From: Candidatus Woesearchaeota archaeon
Lineage (GTDB): Archaea > Nanobdellota > Nanobdellia > SCGC-AAA011-G17 > UBA489
DNA length: 64,000 nt
Direction of reading: 5' to 3'
Assembly (NCBI GenBank): GCA_964366415.1
Contig: CAYITG010000001.1
Span: 387,203 to 451,202 of the forward strand
This document shows, in pieces, positions 40,005 through 49,476 of the stretch. A program made the position numbers and the translations under genes. Numbering within the stretch: the first letter of the stretch is position 1; every line of letters begins with the position of its first letter. Under the pieces are notes generated by a model. The model was not told the origin of the DNA. It was given only the letters and a program-made list of their open reading frames with translations, and searched no databases.

Positions 40005-40730
40005 TTACTTTCTTACTCCCGTTCTTCTGGCTGCTACCTTACCAACCTTAGCTCCTGGAGGTGTGTCTCGTGAAACTGTCTTTGGTTTACCGACGTGACG
40101 TCCACGTCCAGAGCCAAATGGATGATCGACTGCGTTCATAGCAACTCCAGATGTTAATGGATATAATTTACCGCGAGCTCTCATTAAATGATGTCTCTTT
40201 CCTGCCTTGACAAATGGTTTTTCATGTCTTCCTCCTCCTGCAATAACTCCAATGGTTGCACGACACATAGGATGAAATGTTTTTTGTTTTTTAGAAGGCA
40301 ATTGAATAATGACTGCATCTTTTGTGGAACTAATAACTGTTGCTGTTGTGCCTGCCGCACGCACGAATTTTCCGCCGTCTGCAGGTTTGTTCTCAAGATT
40401 GAAAATTAATGTTCCTTCAGGAATATGTTGAAGAGGAAGCGTGTTTCCTGGTTTTGGTTCTGCTTTTGCACCGGATGAAACAATGTCATTGACTTTGATA
40501 CCTTGCGGAGCGAGAATATATCCTGTTTCATTATTTGCATATTGGATTTGAGCAAGAGGAGCAGAATGACCTGCGCAGTGAACAATGTCAACAACTTTTC
40601 CTGCGACGATACCACCTTTTTCAACTTCATCATAACGTCTGTGCTTGACTGCAGCAATCCATCTGTGGGAATGCGCCCTATATGTTGGCGTTCCGCGTCC
40701 ACGACGTTGCTGAATTAAATTCTTACCCAT
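40005..40730 (-). CDS. rpl2: 50S ribosomal protein L2
   Basis: QRRGRG and [12 protein letters not shown] motifs. Confidence 0.97.
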   Translation of the reverse strand: MGKNLIQQRRGRGTPTYRAHSHRWIAAVKHRRYDEVEKGGIVAGKVVDIVHCAGHSAPLAQIQYANNETGYILAPQGIKVNDIVSSGAKAEPKPGNTLPLQHIPEGTLIFNLENKPADGGKFVRAAGTTATVISSTKDAVIIQLPSKKQKTFHPMCRATIGVIAGGGRHEKPFVKAGKRHHLMRARGKLYPLTSGVAMNAVDHPFGSGRGRHVGKPKTVSRDTPPGAKVGKVAARRTGVRK

Positions 40731-40731
40731 A

Positions 40732-40995
40732 TTAGATCAATCCCAACTGCGTTGCCACATCAAGGGCAGGCGTTTCAGGTGCTAATTTGATGTATGCCTT
40801 TTTCGTGCCTTTTGGCGTGATCAAGGTATTGATCTTGACAATTTTGACTTTAAAGGCTTTTTCTATTGCTTCTTTGATTTCTGGTTTGGATGCATCGCGA
40901 TCAATAATAAAAGTTAATTTATTCTGAGATTCCATCAAGCGCACAGCTTTTTCTGTCGTGATGGGGTTTTTGATCACTCTATACGGGTCTTTCAT
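40732..40995 (-). CDS. rpl23: 50S ribosomal protein L23
   Basis: TEKA and GTKKAYIKL motifs. Confidence 0.96.
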   Translation of the reverse strand: MKDPYRVIKNPITTEKAVRLMESQNKLTFIIDRDASKPEIKEAIEKAFKVKIVKINTLITPKGTKKAYIKLAPETPALDVATQLGLI

Positions 40996-41963
40996 TTTTT
41001 CTTACCTGCTGTTTGCTTTGCTGCTGGTTTTGCGGCTGCTTTTGGAGCTGACTTTTCTTGTGTTTTCGGTGTTGGTTTCTTGATTTCAACTTTCTTTTGT
41101 TCTGGTTTCTTTTCTTGCTTGACTTCTTTTACTGGTTTTGGTTCTTTTTTCTTTGGAATGCCTAAGAAGAGTTTTTCATTTGTTAATCTCTTGATAGCAT
41201 CTTCTGAGTAGAGTGTTAAACGTCCTGGAAGTCCACCTGGAGCGAGAAGATTAACATTCAAATCTGTGACAAGGGCAATGTCAACACCAATCATATTCTC
41301 TGCTGCTTTTTGTAATGCGCAGGGTTTTGATACTACCAATAAAGGACCTTTCTTTGTTTTGTATTTTCTGTTACGCATTTTTCCTTTCCCTGCTCGTACT
41401 TTCACAACGGAAATGCGTGCAAGTTCTCCGTGTAATTTGAGATTCTGTAACATTTGTTCAACGTCTTTTGTCTTGCTGATACTTTCCATCTTTGATTCAA
41501 TAACTGCAGGAAGGAACTCTATTTTATGACCACGCTGCTTGACTAACTGCTCGCTAAATGTTGCTGCAAGCGCAGAACGGATTGCTTTTCTTCGTTCTTT
41601 CTTATTGATTTTTTGGTCGAATATTTTTTTTGATTTTGGCGGATGGGCACGACGTCCACCTACTGTTCCTGGAGCAACTGCTCCAACCCAACCGAATTGA
41701 CGTCCACGATGCCACAAGGATTTTCTTGGGACACGCGAAATACCGTGGCCATAGGATGTTTTGAAATCACGTCTTCGTCTTGAGAGTTTTGCCGATTGAC
41801 GCTCACCTGCTTTCGCGTATGCGCCGTATGGCTGGCGATTATGACTTTGGTACGCTAAGAATGCACGATGAATCATGTCTGGGCGATATTCTTCATGACA
41901 TTGCATAGGCAAGTCAACAGATCCTGTTTTCTTTCCTTCAATGGTAAACATATCTGCCTTCAT
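40992..41963 (-). CDS. rpl4: 50S ribosomal protein L4
   Basis: PGTVGGRRAHPP, RAGKGKMR and LAPGG motifs. Confidence 0.96.
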   Translation of the reverse strand: MKADMFTIEGKKTGSVDLPMQCHEEYRPDMIHRAFLAYQSHNRQPYGAYAKAGERQSAKLSRRRRDFKTSYGHGISRVPRKSLWHRGRQFGWVGAVAPGTVGGRRAHPPKSKKIFDQKINKKERRKAIRSALAATFSEQLVKQRGHKIEFLPAVIESKMESISKTKDVEQMLQNLKLHGELARISVVKVRAGKGKMRNRKYKTKKGPLLVVSKPCALQKAAENMIGVDIALVTDLNVNLLAPGGLPGRLTLYSEDAIKRLTNEKLFLGIPKKKEPKPVKEVKQEKKPEQKKVEIKKPTPKTQEKSAPKAAAKPAAKQTAGKKK

Positions 41964-42910
41964 TGTTGCGACTCCTGATGCACATAGGTCAATTGAATCT
42001 GATGTGGACGTTCTTTCGAACGAATAGCTTCTGTAATCAAAATAGCACGTTTCTTTGGACCAACCACTGATCCTTTGATCAATAAGTACTCATTTTTGAC
42101 AAGACCATAACGAACTAATCCGCCTTTAGGGTTAATTTCTTCTGGCTTATTGTTAATTTTGAGAATGTGTTTATTGTATTCTGTTCTTGTGTGATATCCC
42201 ATTTTACCTGGCTGACCAACAGACCAGCGTACTCTTTTTGGCGTCCATGGACCTAAGGTACCAACACCACGCTTTGTTTTTTCAGATTTGTGCTGACGAA
42301 TTTTTACCCCATATCTTTTAACTGTTCCTTGGAATCCTTTACCTTTTGACACTCCGTGCACATCAACGAATTGTCCTTCTTTGAACACTTCTGATGCTTT
42401 GATTTCTTTTGTGAGCAATTGTTTTGCATATGCCCATGCGCCATCTTTTGGACCAGAAATGGCAATTTCCATGAGATCTGGATTCTTTTTTCCAAACATG
42501 GTAAGCTTTGGTTGAGACATGACTTTAACTCTGATTTCATCAAAATCTTCTGACTTTGGTTCTTTTTGTTGTTCTTTTGGTTTTTTGATTGCTTTGTCAA
42601 GTTTATCAGCATAGATTTCGGCAACACGTTGATTTTGTTTGTAGAAGCAAAGAGAAACAGGAAGCATAGATGGGCACTCAATAATAGTCACGGGAAACGT
42701 GACGACCATGTTTTTTGTTAAAGAATTTTGACGAGCATCATTAAATTGAATATGTGTCATACCGGCTTTATAGCCAATATACCCTAAGAGTTTAGGAGCA
42801 TCAAGACGCGCCCATGTTCGAGCACGAGCTACGGGATTAGCTGCACGCTTGCGTGGCCAGAACTGCAGACTTCCCCTTCTGGGCCAGAATAAACGGTTTG
42901 CTCCTGCCAT
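41960..42910 (-). CDS. rpl3: 50S ribosomal protein L3
   Basis: PRRGSL, GYKAGMTH and KGKGFQG motifs. Confidence 0.96.
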   Translation of the reverse strand: MAGANRLFWPRRGSLQFWPRKRAANPVARARTWARLDAPKLLGYIGYKAGMTHIQFNDARQNSLTKNMVVTFPVTIIECPSMLPVSLCFYKQNQRVAEIYADKLDKAIKKPKEQQKEPKSEDFDEIRVKVMSQPKLTMFGKKNPDLMEIAISGPKDGAWAYAKQLLTKEIKASEVFKEGQFVDVHGVSKGKGFQGTVKRYGVKIRQHKSEKTKRGVGTLGPWTPKRVRWSVGQPGKMGYHTRTEYNKHILKINNKPEEINPKGGLVRYGLVKNEYLLIKGSVVGPKKRAILITEAIRSKERPHQIQLTYVHQESQQ

Positions 42911-43020
42911 GGTGTATGCTTTGTTTTGGATTCCTTTTTAAGACTTTTTCTGACAGGCAACTTCCTCTTGAGAATCAGGCTTTTTATTTGCTGTAACGAG
43001 CAGCATACACTGAATCCATA
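42911..43020 (-). promoter_or_regulatory. Structured 5' leader of the rpl3 operon (candidate pseudoknot)
   Basis: Two interleaved complementary pairs of 7 and 9 bp; minus-strand BRE/TATA GAAACCTTTAAAA at about 43048-43060. Confidence 0.5.
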
Positions 43021-43161
43021 AGGTAAGAATATGGCTTTTATGAATGTTTTTAAAGGTTTCTACTACTCTGAACATCGCTCTCTTTTGACAATATTCGGCT
43101 GAAGCAAACTTTATAAAAGCCATTATTTTCTTCTTTCTCGAACACATGGAGGTTCTTTTGA

Positions 43162-43371
43162 ATGGCAGAGACTATTTTACCCTTGGCTGCAATGGAGAAG
43201 CTTTTAAAGAAAGCTGGAGCGGCACGCGTTAGTGAAGATGCTAAAGATGCCCTGCGAGAGCAACTTGAAGACGTTGCACAACAAATCGGTTTGAAGGCTA
43301 TTCAATTTGCCCAACATTCTGGCAGAAAGACGGTGAAAGCTGTTGATGTTAAATTGGCTGGAAAACAATAA
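43162..43371 (+). CDS. Archaeal histone (HMf type)
   Basis: LPLAA, GAARVSEDA and HSGRKTVKAVDV; GGAGGT RBS. Confidence 0.95.
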   Translation: MAETILPLAAMEKLLKKAGAARVSEDAKDALREQLEDVAQQIGLKAIQFAQHSGRKTVKAVDVKLAGKQ

Positions 43372-43417
43372 TTCTACTAACGATATTTTTTTAAGCGAGT
43401 TCATTCTCCTTTTCTAC

Positions 43418-43789
43418 ATGGGCGATATGTATTACCTATGTAAGTTACCTGCAGAGAAACAACACTTTCGCAATCGCATACCCTTTACACAGTATTATGG
43501 AATTCATTTTGAAGAACAAGATGGAACTCCTTATGTAAAGAATGTTATTACGAAAGAAGAACTTTCTAAGATTGGTGTTGCGGCTCTGAATCATCAAGCA
43601 ATGGGAGTAGTCATTGTTACTGAAGTTCCTGGGAGACCAGATATCTTACGTGGAAAACGTAATTTAAGTGATCATCTTCGCATTACTGTAGACGGTCTCG
43701 CACAACATCATCAAGACCTTGAAATTTTATCCATGGAAGATCTAAGAAAAGCAGGCATAGAAAATATTGTAGAAAGAGTTATTGAATAA
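43418..43789 (+). CDS. Hypothetical protein
   Basis: ORF with no recognised motif. Confidence 0.55.
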   Translation: MGDMYYLCKLPAEKQHFRNRIPFTQYYGIHFEEQDGTPYVKNVITKEELSKIGVAALNHQAMGVVIVTEVPGRPDILRGKRNLSDHLRITVDGLAQHHQDLEILSMEDLRKAGIENIVERVIE

Positions 43790-44396
43790 ATTCAATTTTT
43801 TTCTCTTCATGCTTACCGTCGATATCAAGAATACGTATGATTGTTCCTTTTCTTTTCGCATGAATGCGCGCTTGTTCTGGACTATTCTTGTACTCATCAG
43901 GGATAATAATATCTGTAATGTTTATGGTGTGTGAAATCAACGCTTTTTTGAATGGTGAAGTAATATCAAATGTAAACTCCTTGAGAAGGTTTAAAGGAAG
44001 TGTTGCTGATGCAAATTTTGTGTCGAGCGCTTTTCCAGGTTTTGGAAGAGATTTTTTGCATTTCACTGTGACTAAAGGAGAGGTAAGATCTAATAAGACA
44101 AAATCATTTTCATCACATATCTTTTTTAATTCTTCTGAAGAAACTGTCGAAGCTATTTCTGTTTTTTTCTTTCCTTTGACAAGTTTACCTGCAACGTCTG
44201 CTTTATCTATATGTGGTGCTGCAAGCTTGATAACATCTTTTAACAAGTCATAAGAAAAATTCATTTTGAAGCTTTCTTTTGAGACTGTTATCTTCATGAC
44301 TGCTCTACTTGGGAATTCCCCTTTGCTAAAACGTGTAAATTGTTTGTGGACATCTTCGTCTGTTGTCTTATTGAAGATTTTCTTAATGAACATCAT
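43779..44396 (-). CDS. Conserved DPANN-type hypothetical protein
   Basis: FIKKIF..DEDVHKQFTRFSKGEF, KKSLPKPGK and AKRKGTIIR segments. Confidence 0.7.
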   Translation of the reverse strand: MMFIKKIFNKTTDEDVHKQFTRFSKGEFPSRAVMKITVSKESFKMNFSYDLLKDVIKLAAPHIDKADVAGKLVKGKKKTEIASTVSSEELKKICDENDFVLLDLTSPLVTVKCKKSLPKPGKALDTKFASATLPLNLLKEFTFDITSPFKKALISHTINITDIIIPDEYKNSPEQARIHAKRKGTIIRILDIDGKHEEKKIEFIQ

Positions 44397-44575
44397 AGAG
44401 GAATTAAATTTATTAGTATATAAAAATGTTTGTTCTGAATATGGTGAATAAACTTCGAGAATACTTAAAAAATATGGAATTCCATATGTAATCTTAGAAA
44501 ATATTTCAGATTTTTCCTTCAATTTTTCAATTTTTTAAATAAAAGAGTTATAAAAACAAAGTTATTTATTAAGAC

Positions 44576-45280
44576 ATGTGGAATTATGATCATCTTCTTA
44601 CCTCTCACAGTCATAATATTTTAAAGATTAAAACACCAAGACATAATAGAAATCTTGCAGAATTCTTAGGCATCTTATTTGGTGATGGCAGCAGTTATCG
44701 ACGAGAAATTGGGAAAAAGATTCGAGATTACCAAATTCGTATTGCTGGTCATTCAAGCAATGATAAAGATTATCTTATAAATTTTGTTAAACCACTTGCC
44801 AAAGATTTATTTGGGATAGAAGGAAAGATACATCCTCATTATAATGAAGACATCAACTGTTTGTATTTGAAACTTAATGGTAAGTTACTTTCTTATTTTT
44901 TAGAAAATATTGGTTTTCCTCCAGGAAATAAAATAAAGAATAGATTAGTGATTCCTAATTGGATTAAAACAGACACCTCTTATTTAACAGCATTTTTAAG
45001 AGGTTTAGTTGATACTGATGGTTCTATTTATAGGATGTCGAATAAGGATCCGCAACTCATACGTTTGGCCATTAAAAATTTTATACCTGGATTTTTAGAT
45101 AGTTTAAATTCGTGTTTACAAGAACTGGAATTTCATCCATGCATTATTCGATCAAGTAGTCAGATTTTTCTTTCTAGGAAGGAAGATATACAGAAATATA
45201 CTAAGAAAATAGGTTTTAATAACCCAAAACATATATATAGGTTTAGAGCACTTTCTAAAAATATTAGCCCCGTAGTGTAG
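44576..45280 (+). CDS. Free-standing intein-type LAGLIDADG endonuclease; 3' end overlaps tRNA-Gln
   Basis: Motifs LAEFLGILFGDGS and FLRGLVDTDGS; no intein splicing termini. Confidence 0.88.
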   Translation: MWNYDHLLTSHSHNILKIKTPRHNRNLAEFLGILFGDGSSYRREIGKKIRDYQIRIAGHSSNDKDYLINFVKPLAKDLFGIEGKIHPHYNEDINCLYLKLNGKLLSYFLENIGFPPGNKIKNRLVIPNWIKTDTSYLTAFLRGLVDTDGSIYRMSNKDPQLIRLAIKNFIPGFLDSLNSCLQELEFHPCIIRSSSQIFLSRKEDIQKYTKKIGFNNPKHIYRFRALSKNISPVV

Positions 45281-45371
45281 TGGCCTATAACCCTTAGGGT
45301 TGGCAAAGCACGCGAGACTCTGGTAGCGATGGGGATATCTCGCAACGGAAGTTCAAATCTTCCCGGGGCTA
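45266..45371 (+). tRNA. tRNA-Gln(CTG) with two introns: 21/22 (45288-45307, 20 nt) and 37/38 (45324-45336, 13 nt)
   Basis: Spliced AGCCCCG TA GTGT AGTGGCCTA GCAC G CGAGA CTCTGGA TCTCG CAAC GGAAG TTCAAAT CTTCC CGGGGCT A, with the A1:U72 pair typical of archaeal Gln tRNAs. Confidence 0.88.
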
Positions 45372-46241
45372 CTTCTTTGTTACTTCTCTTATTACAACTT
45401 CAATTTCATGTGTTTTAAGAGGCGAATAATATCTTTCGCTTACATCAATTTTTACTCCATCTGGACTATGGCGTGGTAACACGCCAAGAAGGTCTACAAT
45501 TCCATTATCTCCCGTCACAATAATTTGGGTATTCCCTGTTCCTGCCGCATTTGCTAGAGCGTATGCAGTGAGAAGATTATCTACACCGCCCGTATTAATT
45601 CGATTCGATTCTGCTATTTGCGTACTGTATTGTAAGACTGGATCTACTTTACATCTATTAAGCATTTTTAATGTTTCATCTCTTTGACATGCACACCCCA
45701 TTTGTCTTGCAAGACGGGATTTTTCTATAAAATATCTTTCCATCATTTTTTTGTACGAACCATTCTGCGTTTCCATCCTTTTTTTAAGACATCTATCATC
45801 TCCTGTAATGTATTCTTCTAATATTTCTGGGAGAATAGTTACGTCGTTGCGATGAATTAATCTCTCTAGTTCATTGAATTGTAATTCCTGCACTTTTTGA
45901 AATTCATACCATAATTCATCATACTCTTGGCCTATACCGGCTAGGCCAGATGCACAAGCATTAAGAAACGATGCATTGCTAAGGCGCAGATTTCTCTCTC
46001 CACATTGACCATAGATATGACTTGACTCTAACAAAAAAGAGGTGTCTAGCCAGTAATGTTTTGTTCCATCTCGTTCTTCAAAAATACTTTTGTACACTTC
46101 TAGAAATTCTGCAGGATGAATTGATATCCGCAGGCTTGAAAATCCTTTAATTGGTTCTGCTGTTTTATGGAAAGAATGATCATCTATGTAAAAACCAAAG
46201 TCTTCTAAACATGTTTTGTGTCTTTTTGTTGTCTCTGTCAT
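45369..46241 (-). CDS. PIN-domain-like protein
   Basis: Acidic tetrad pattern WLDTSFL / LPEILEE / VDNLL / IVTGDNG. Confidence 0.6.
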   Translation of the reverse strand: MTETTKRHKTCLEDFGFYIDDHSFHKTAEPIKGFSSLRISIHPAEFLEVYKSIFEERDGTKHYWLDTSFLLESSHIYGQCGERNLRLSNASFLNACASGLAGIGQEYDELWYEFQKVQELQFNELERLIHRNDVTILPEILEEYITGDDRCLKKRMETQNGSYKKMMERYFIEKSRLARQMGCACQRDETLKMLNRCKVDPVLQYSTQIAESNRINTGGVDNLLTAYALANAAGTGNTQIIVTGDNGIVDLLGVLPRHSPDGVKIDVSERYYSPLKTHEIEVVIREVTKK

Positions 46242-46309
46242 CTTTTGCTTTGTTGGTCTTTTTATTCAAAAGACGTTACCTTTATATTTTTATACTTTTA
46301 TCTTCTGTT

Positions 46310-47248
46310 ATGCCCTCTTTTCCACTATTATCGTTTCCTGCAATATTAAGCCCAATGGCTGGCGTTACTGATGTTGCTTTTCGTACTTTGGCAAAGCAAT
46401 ATGGCGCAGGATTAACCTATACTGAGTTTGTGAATAGCACGGGATTAGTAAGAGGTAATGAACAGGCTAAAAGAATGATTGCCATTGATTCTTCTGAGCA
46501 CCCTGTTGCCATCCAGTTATTTGGACATAGCGAAGAAGATGTGATTGCTGCTGCAAAATATGTTGAACCTTTTTTTGATATTATTGATATTAATTGCGGA
46601 TGTCCAGCATGGAAAGTGATTAAGACTGGAGCAGGCAGTGCTTTATTAAAAGAACCATTACGCATTCGCACTTTTGTCGAACATTTAGTTGACGCTGTTA
46701 GAAAACCTATCACTGTAAAAATTAGGGCAGGCATTGATGATACTACGATCAACGCTGTTGAAGTTGCCAAACTTGTTGAAGAAGCTGGCGCTGCCGCCAT
46801 TGCTGTTCATGGACGAACACAACAGCAAGGATATTCAGGTACTGCAAATTGGGAGATCATTAAAAACGTCAAAGAAGCAGTTCATATTCCTGTTATTGGG
46901 AATGGTGATGTGTTCACGCCAGAAATATTTGCACAACGCTTAGAAGAGAGTGGAGTTGATGCTATTATGATTGCTCGCGGTGCTATGGGGAACCCTTACA
47001 TTTTTCAGCAAATCAAAGATTACCTTGAAAAAGGAGCGTATGACTTTAGATCTGGCGTAGAGCAATTTTTTGATTATTTGCCTTTTGCAGAACGACACCA
47101 TATTTCGTTCTCTGTTATCAAACAACATGCATTGTATTTTACGAAAGGTATGCGTGGTGGAGCACAGTTACGCGAACTGATCAGTCACTCTCTTTCCTTA
47201 GAAGAGTTACATACTCTTTTGGAAGCAAGCCATCAACAAGTTTTTTAA
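46310..47248 (+). CDS. tRNA-dihydrouridine synthase (DusB-like)
   Basis: SPMAGVTD, DINCGCP, VHGRT, GNGD and MIARGAMGNP motifs. Confidence 0.93.
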   Translation: MPSFPLLSFPAILSPMAGVTDVAFRTLAKQYGAGLTYTEFVNSTGLVRGNEQAKRMIAIDSSEHPVAIQLFGHSEEDVIAAAKYVEPFFDIIDINCGCPAWKVIKTGAGSALLKEPLRIRTFVEHLVDAVRKPITVKIRAGIDDTTINAVEVAKLVEEAGAAAIAVHGRTQQQGYSGTANWEIIKNVKEAVHIPVIGNGDVFTPEIFAQRLEESGVDAIMIARGAMGNPYIFQQIKDYLEKGAYDFRSGVEQFFDYLPFAERHHISFSVIKQHALYFTKGMRGGAQLRELISHSLSLEELHTLLEASHQQVF

Positions 47249-47272
47249 ATCATGAATTAAGAACATTCTTGT

Positions 47273-47347
47273 GCTCCTGTCGTCTAGTCCGGTCCAGGAT
47301 ACGGGCTTCTCGAGCCTGTGACCCGAGTTCAAATCTCGGCGGGAGCA
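47273..47347 (+). tRNA. tRNA-Glu(CTC), intronless
   Basis: Acceptor GCTCCTG/CGGGAGC; anticodon arm CGGGC-TTCTCGA-GCCTG. Confidence 0.93.
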
Positions 47348-49269
47348 TTACTCCATTCTCGTGGGCTTCGTCGTAAACTTTCAAACAGTGGTTTATAGGC
47401 TTGAGGAGCTTGATGAGCAAACATCATTCCTTGCGCAATTAATCCCGAAGCATCTTTGCCAGCTTGTTGCTTCTGCTGATACAGGCTCATTAATCTTGCG
47501 TATGCTTCCCAATAATCTTTTTGAATGAAGAATAAAATATTTAGGAATTCGTGTTCAGCGTCTTCAGCTATTTCTTCCGGGGCTTCTTCTTTGATCCGCT
47601 CAAGATCCATCCTTAATGTTTCTAGCACCATCAATGCACTTTCTAATTCCCCAACATTTTCTTTTGAAAATAATTGACGAGCGACACTTTTTGCAATGTA
47701 TAACTGTACTTTTGGGATGAGTGGATCTCGCACACTTAAATCGGCAAGAAGATTTGTAGCTAAATATTCTGCAATTTCAAATCTTCCTTCAGCAAAGCTT
47801 CGTTCTAAGTGATAGAGTGGATCTTGCACCCTGCCTGGAATTTCATGGAATGCCCGAAGGCGTTCGATAAGCACTGGTGTTGTTGCTGAAACCCAAATTT
47901 CTTGCTTAGTGGTTGGAGAAGTATATGTATTTGATTGTGTAAGCACATGTTCATTGCATCCAAACATAACATCATTAGAAAATCTTTCTATGACAAATTC
48001 AAGTCCACTACCTCTTTCATTTATGAATTCTCCTTTTATCTTTGTTCCGCCATGTTTTCTGTATTCAAGTTTGTAAACATTTTCGTCCTTTTTTTCTATT
48101 ATAAAAACATCCCCAAAACGTCGATCGCGTTTGTCGTAAGCATAATCCTCAGAAGATATGGTGAAAGCAACATATCCTAGACGATTTGCCTCAGTAAATG
48201 TTATTTTTCCGTTCAATCTTTTTTTTGTTCCTTTATTAGCAATATCTAACAGATAATCTTCCCTTCCTTTTTGTGGATTAAGAAAAATGTAATCTTCTTC
48301 TGTAGCAATTTCAGTAGGAACGATAATATCAAGTTCCTTCCATCTCCTCAATTTCTCTTCTGGAAAAGGAAGGTTTTCATCGAGAAGATCATCATTCAAC
48401 ATTGTCATTTCTGAAAGGGGTTGTTGTTCTTGGATGGCGAGAAGATCATATCTCAGCATTCTTGTTGCAGGTCGTAACTCTGGATCTGGAAAAAGACTTC
48501 TTTGAATGAGATGTCTAAGTTCTAAAGGGACATCTGGACGTGTAGTTTTTACTTTTGGTGGGAACTTTCTTTTTTCTATCAACAGTTCATCGATCTTTAT
48601 TGTGGAATAAGGCAATTTGCCTACTGCTAATTCATACATCACTACGCCTAAGCTATATACGTCTGTGCTTTTCGTGTGTGTTCCGAAAAATTGTTCTGGT
48701 GCAGCGTAATTGAGTGTTCCGAAAAATGTCCCTTTTCGCAATTCTGTTTCTTCTAAGCGACCAACTAAGCCTAAATCAGTTAAGGTTACACGCCCTTTTG
48801 CATCAATTAAAATATTATCTGGTTTAATATCACGATGAACTAATCCTACTTCATGAAGATCATCCAAGCCGTGTACAATTTGAGAATAAATATTGAGAAG
48901 ATCTTGTGCTGGAAGAGGTTTTTCTGAGTATTTTGAAAGAGGCATTCCTCCATCTTCCATAATAAGGTAATACATTCCTTCTCTTACTCCTGCTTCATAC
49001 ACTTTTACAACATTTGGTGAGTTCACCCGTGCAAGATATCCAAACTCTAAAATAAATTTTGTAATTTGACCTTCGCGTTTTCTTACCACTTCAAGATCTG
49101 TTGTTTTACCTGGATCGTGGACTTCTCCTGTTAATCGATCTAGGTTTAATATTTTAAGAGCAATTTTCTTTTCCTTATAGGTGCCTGCAAAAACATTACC
49201 ATAAGCTCCGCTACCTAATTCCCGTTCGATTGATACATCTCCAAAGGCGGCGATAATTCTCTCTAGCAT
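47329..49269 (-). CDS. Hanks-type Ser/Thr protein kinase with a long unknown C-terminal region
   Basis: LGSGAYG, ALK, VHRDIKPDNIL, DLG, GTLNYAAPE and DVYSLG motifs; stop lies inside tRNA-Glu on the opposite strand. Confidence 0.92.
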   Translation of the reverse strand: MLERIIAAFGDVSIERELGSGAYGNVFAGTYKEKKIALKILNLDRLTGEVHDPGKTTDLEVVRKREGQITKFILEFGYLARVNSPNVVKVYEAGVREGMYYLIMEDGGMPLSKYSEKPLPAQDLLNIYSQIVHGLDDLHEVGLVHRDIKPDNILIDAKGRVTLTDLGLVGRLEETELRKGTFFGTLNYAAPEQFFGTHTKSTDVYSLGVVMYELAVGKLPYSTIKIDELLIEKRKFPPKVKTTRPDVPLELRHLIQRSLFPDPELRPATRMLRYDLLAIQEQQPLSEMTMLNDDLLDENLPFPEEKLRRWKELDIIVPTEIATEEDYIFLNPQKGREDYLLDIANKGTKKRLNGKITFTEANRLGYVAFTISSEDYAYDKRDRRFGDVFIIEKKDENVYKLEYRKHGGTKIKGEFINERGSGLEFVIERFSNDVMFGCNEHVLTQSNTYTSPTTKQEIWVSATTPVLIERLRAFHEIPGRVQDPLYHLERSFAEGRFEIAEYLATNLLADLSVRDPLIPKVQLYIAKSVARQLFSKENVGELESALMVLETLRMDLERIKEEAPEEIAEDAEHEFLNILFFIQKDYWEAYARLMSLYQQKQQAGKDASGLIAQGMMFAHQAPQAYKPLFESLRRSPREWSNAPAEI

Positions 49270-49476
49270 AGCATATTTCCTACTATCTTTTTAACGTTTA
49301 AGCAGTTAAAAGAAGAATTAGGATGTGTTTAGATGAATTTAAAAAGCTTTTGTAGAATGGGCCCGGTCAGACTTTACTCTTGCATTTCCTATATAAACAC
49401 TACGCGGCAGAGCAGATTTTTACTTTGATTCTGCACTTCTTCGTAATCCCTGAAAGAAACAATTAACAAGATATTC

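Noticed and set aside
44576..45280. LAGLIDADG ORFs as inteins or as ORFs inside tRNA/rRNA introns
   Set aside because: No N-terminal C/S block or C-terminal HN, no host extein, and the adjacent tRNAs are complete on one side of the ORF.
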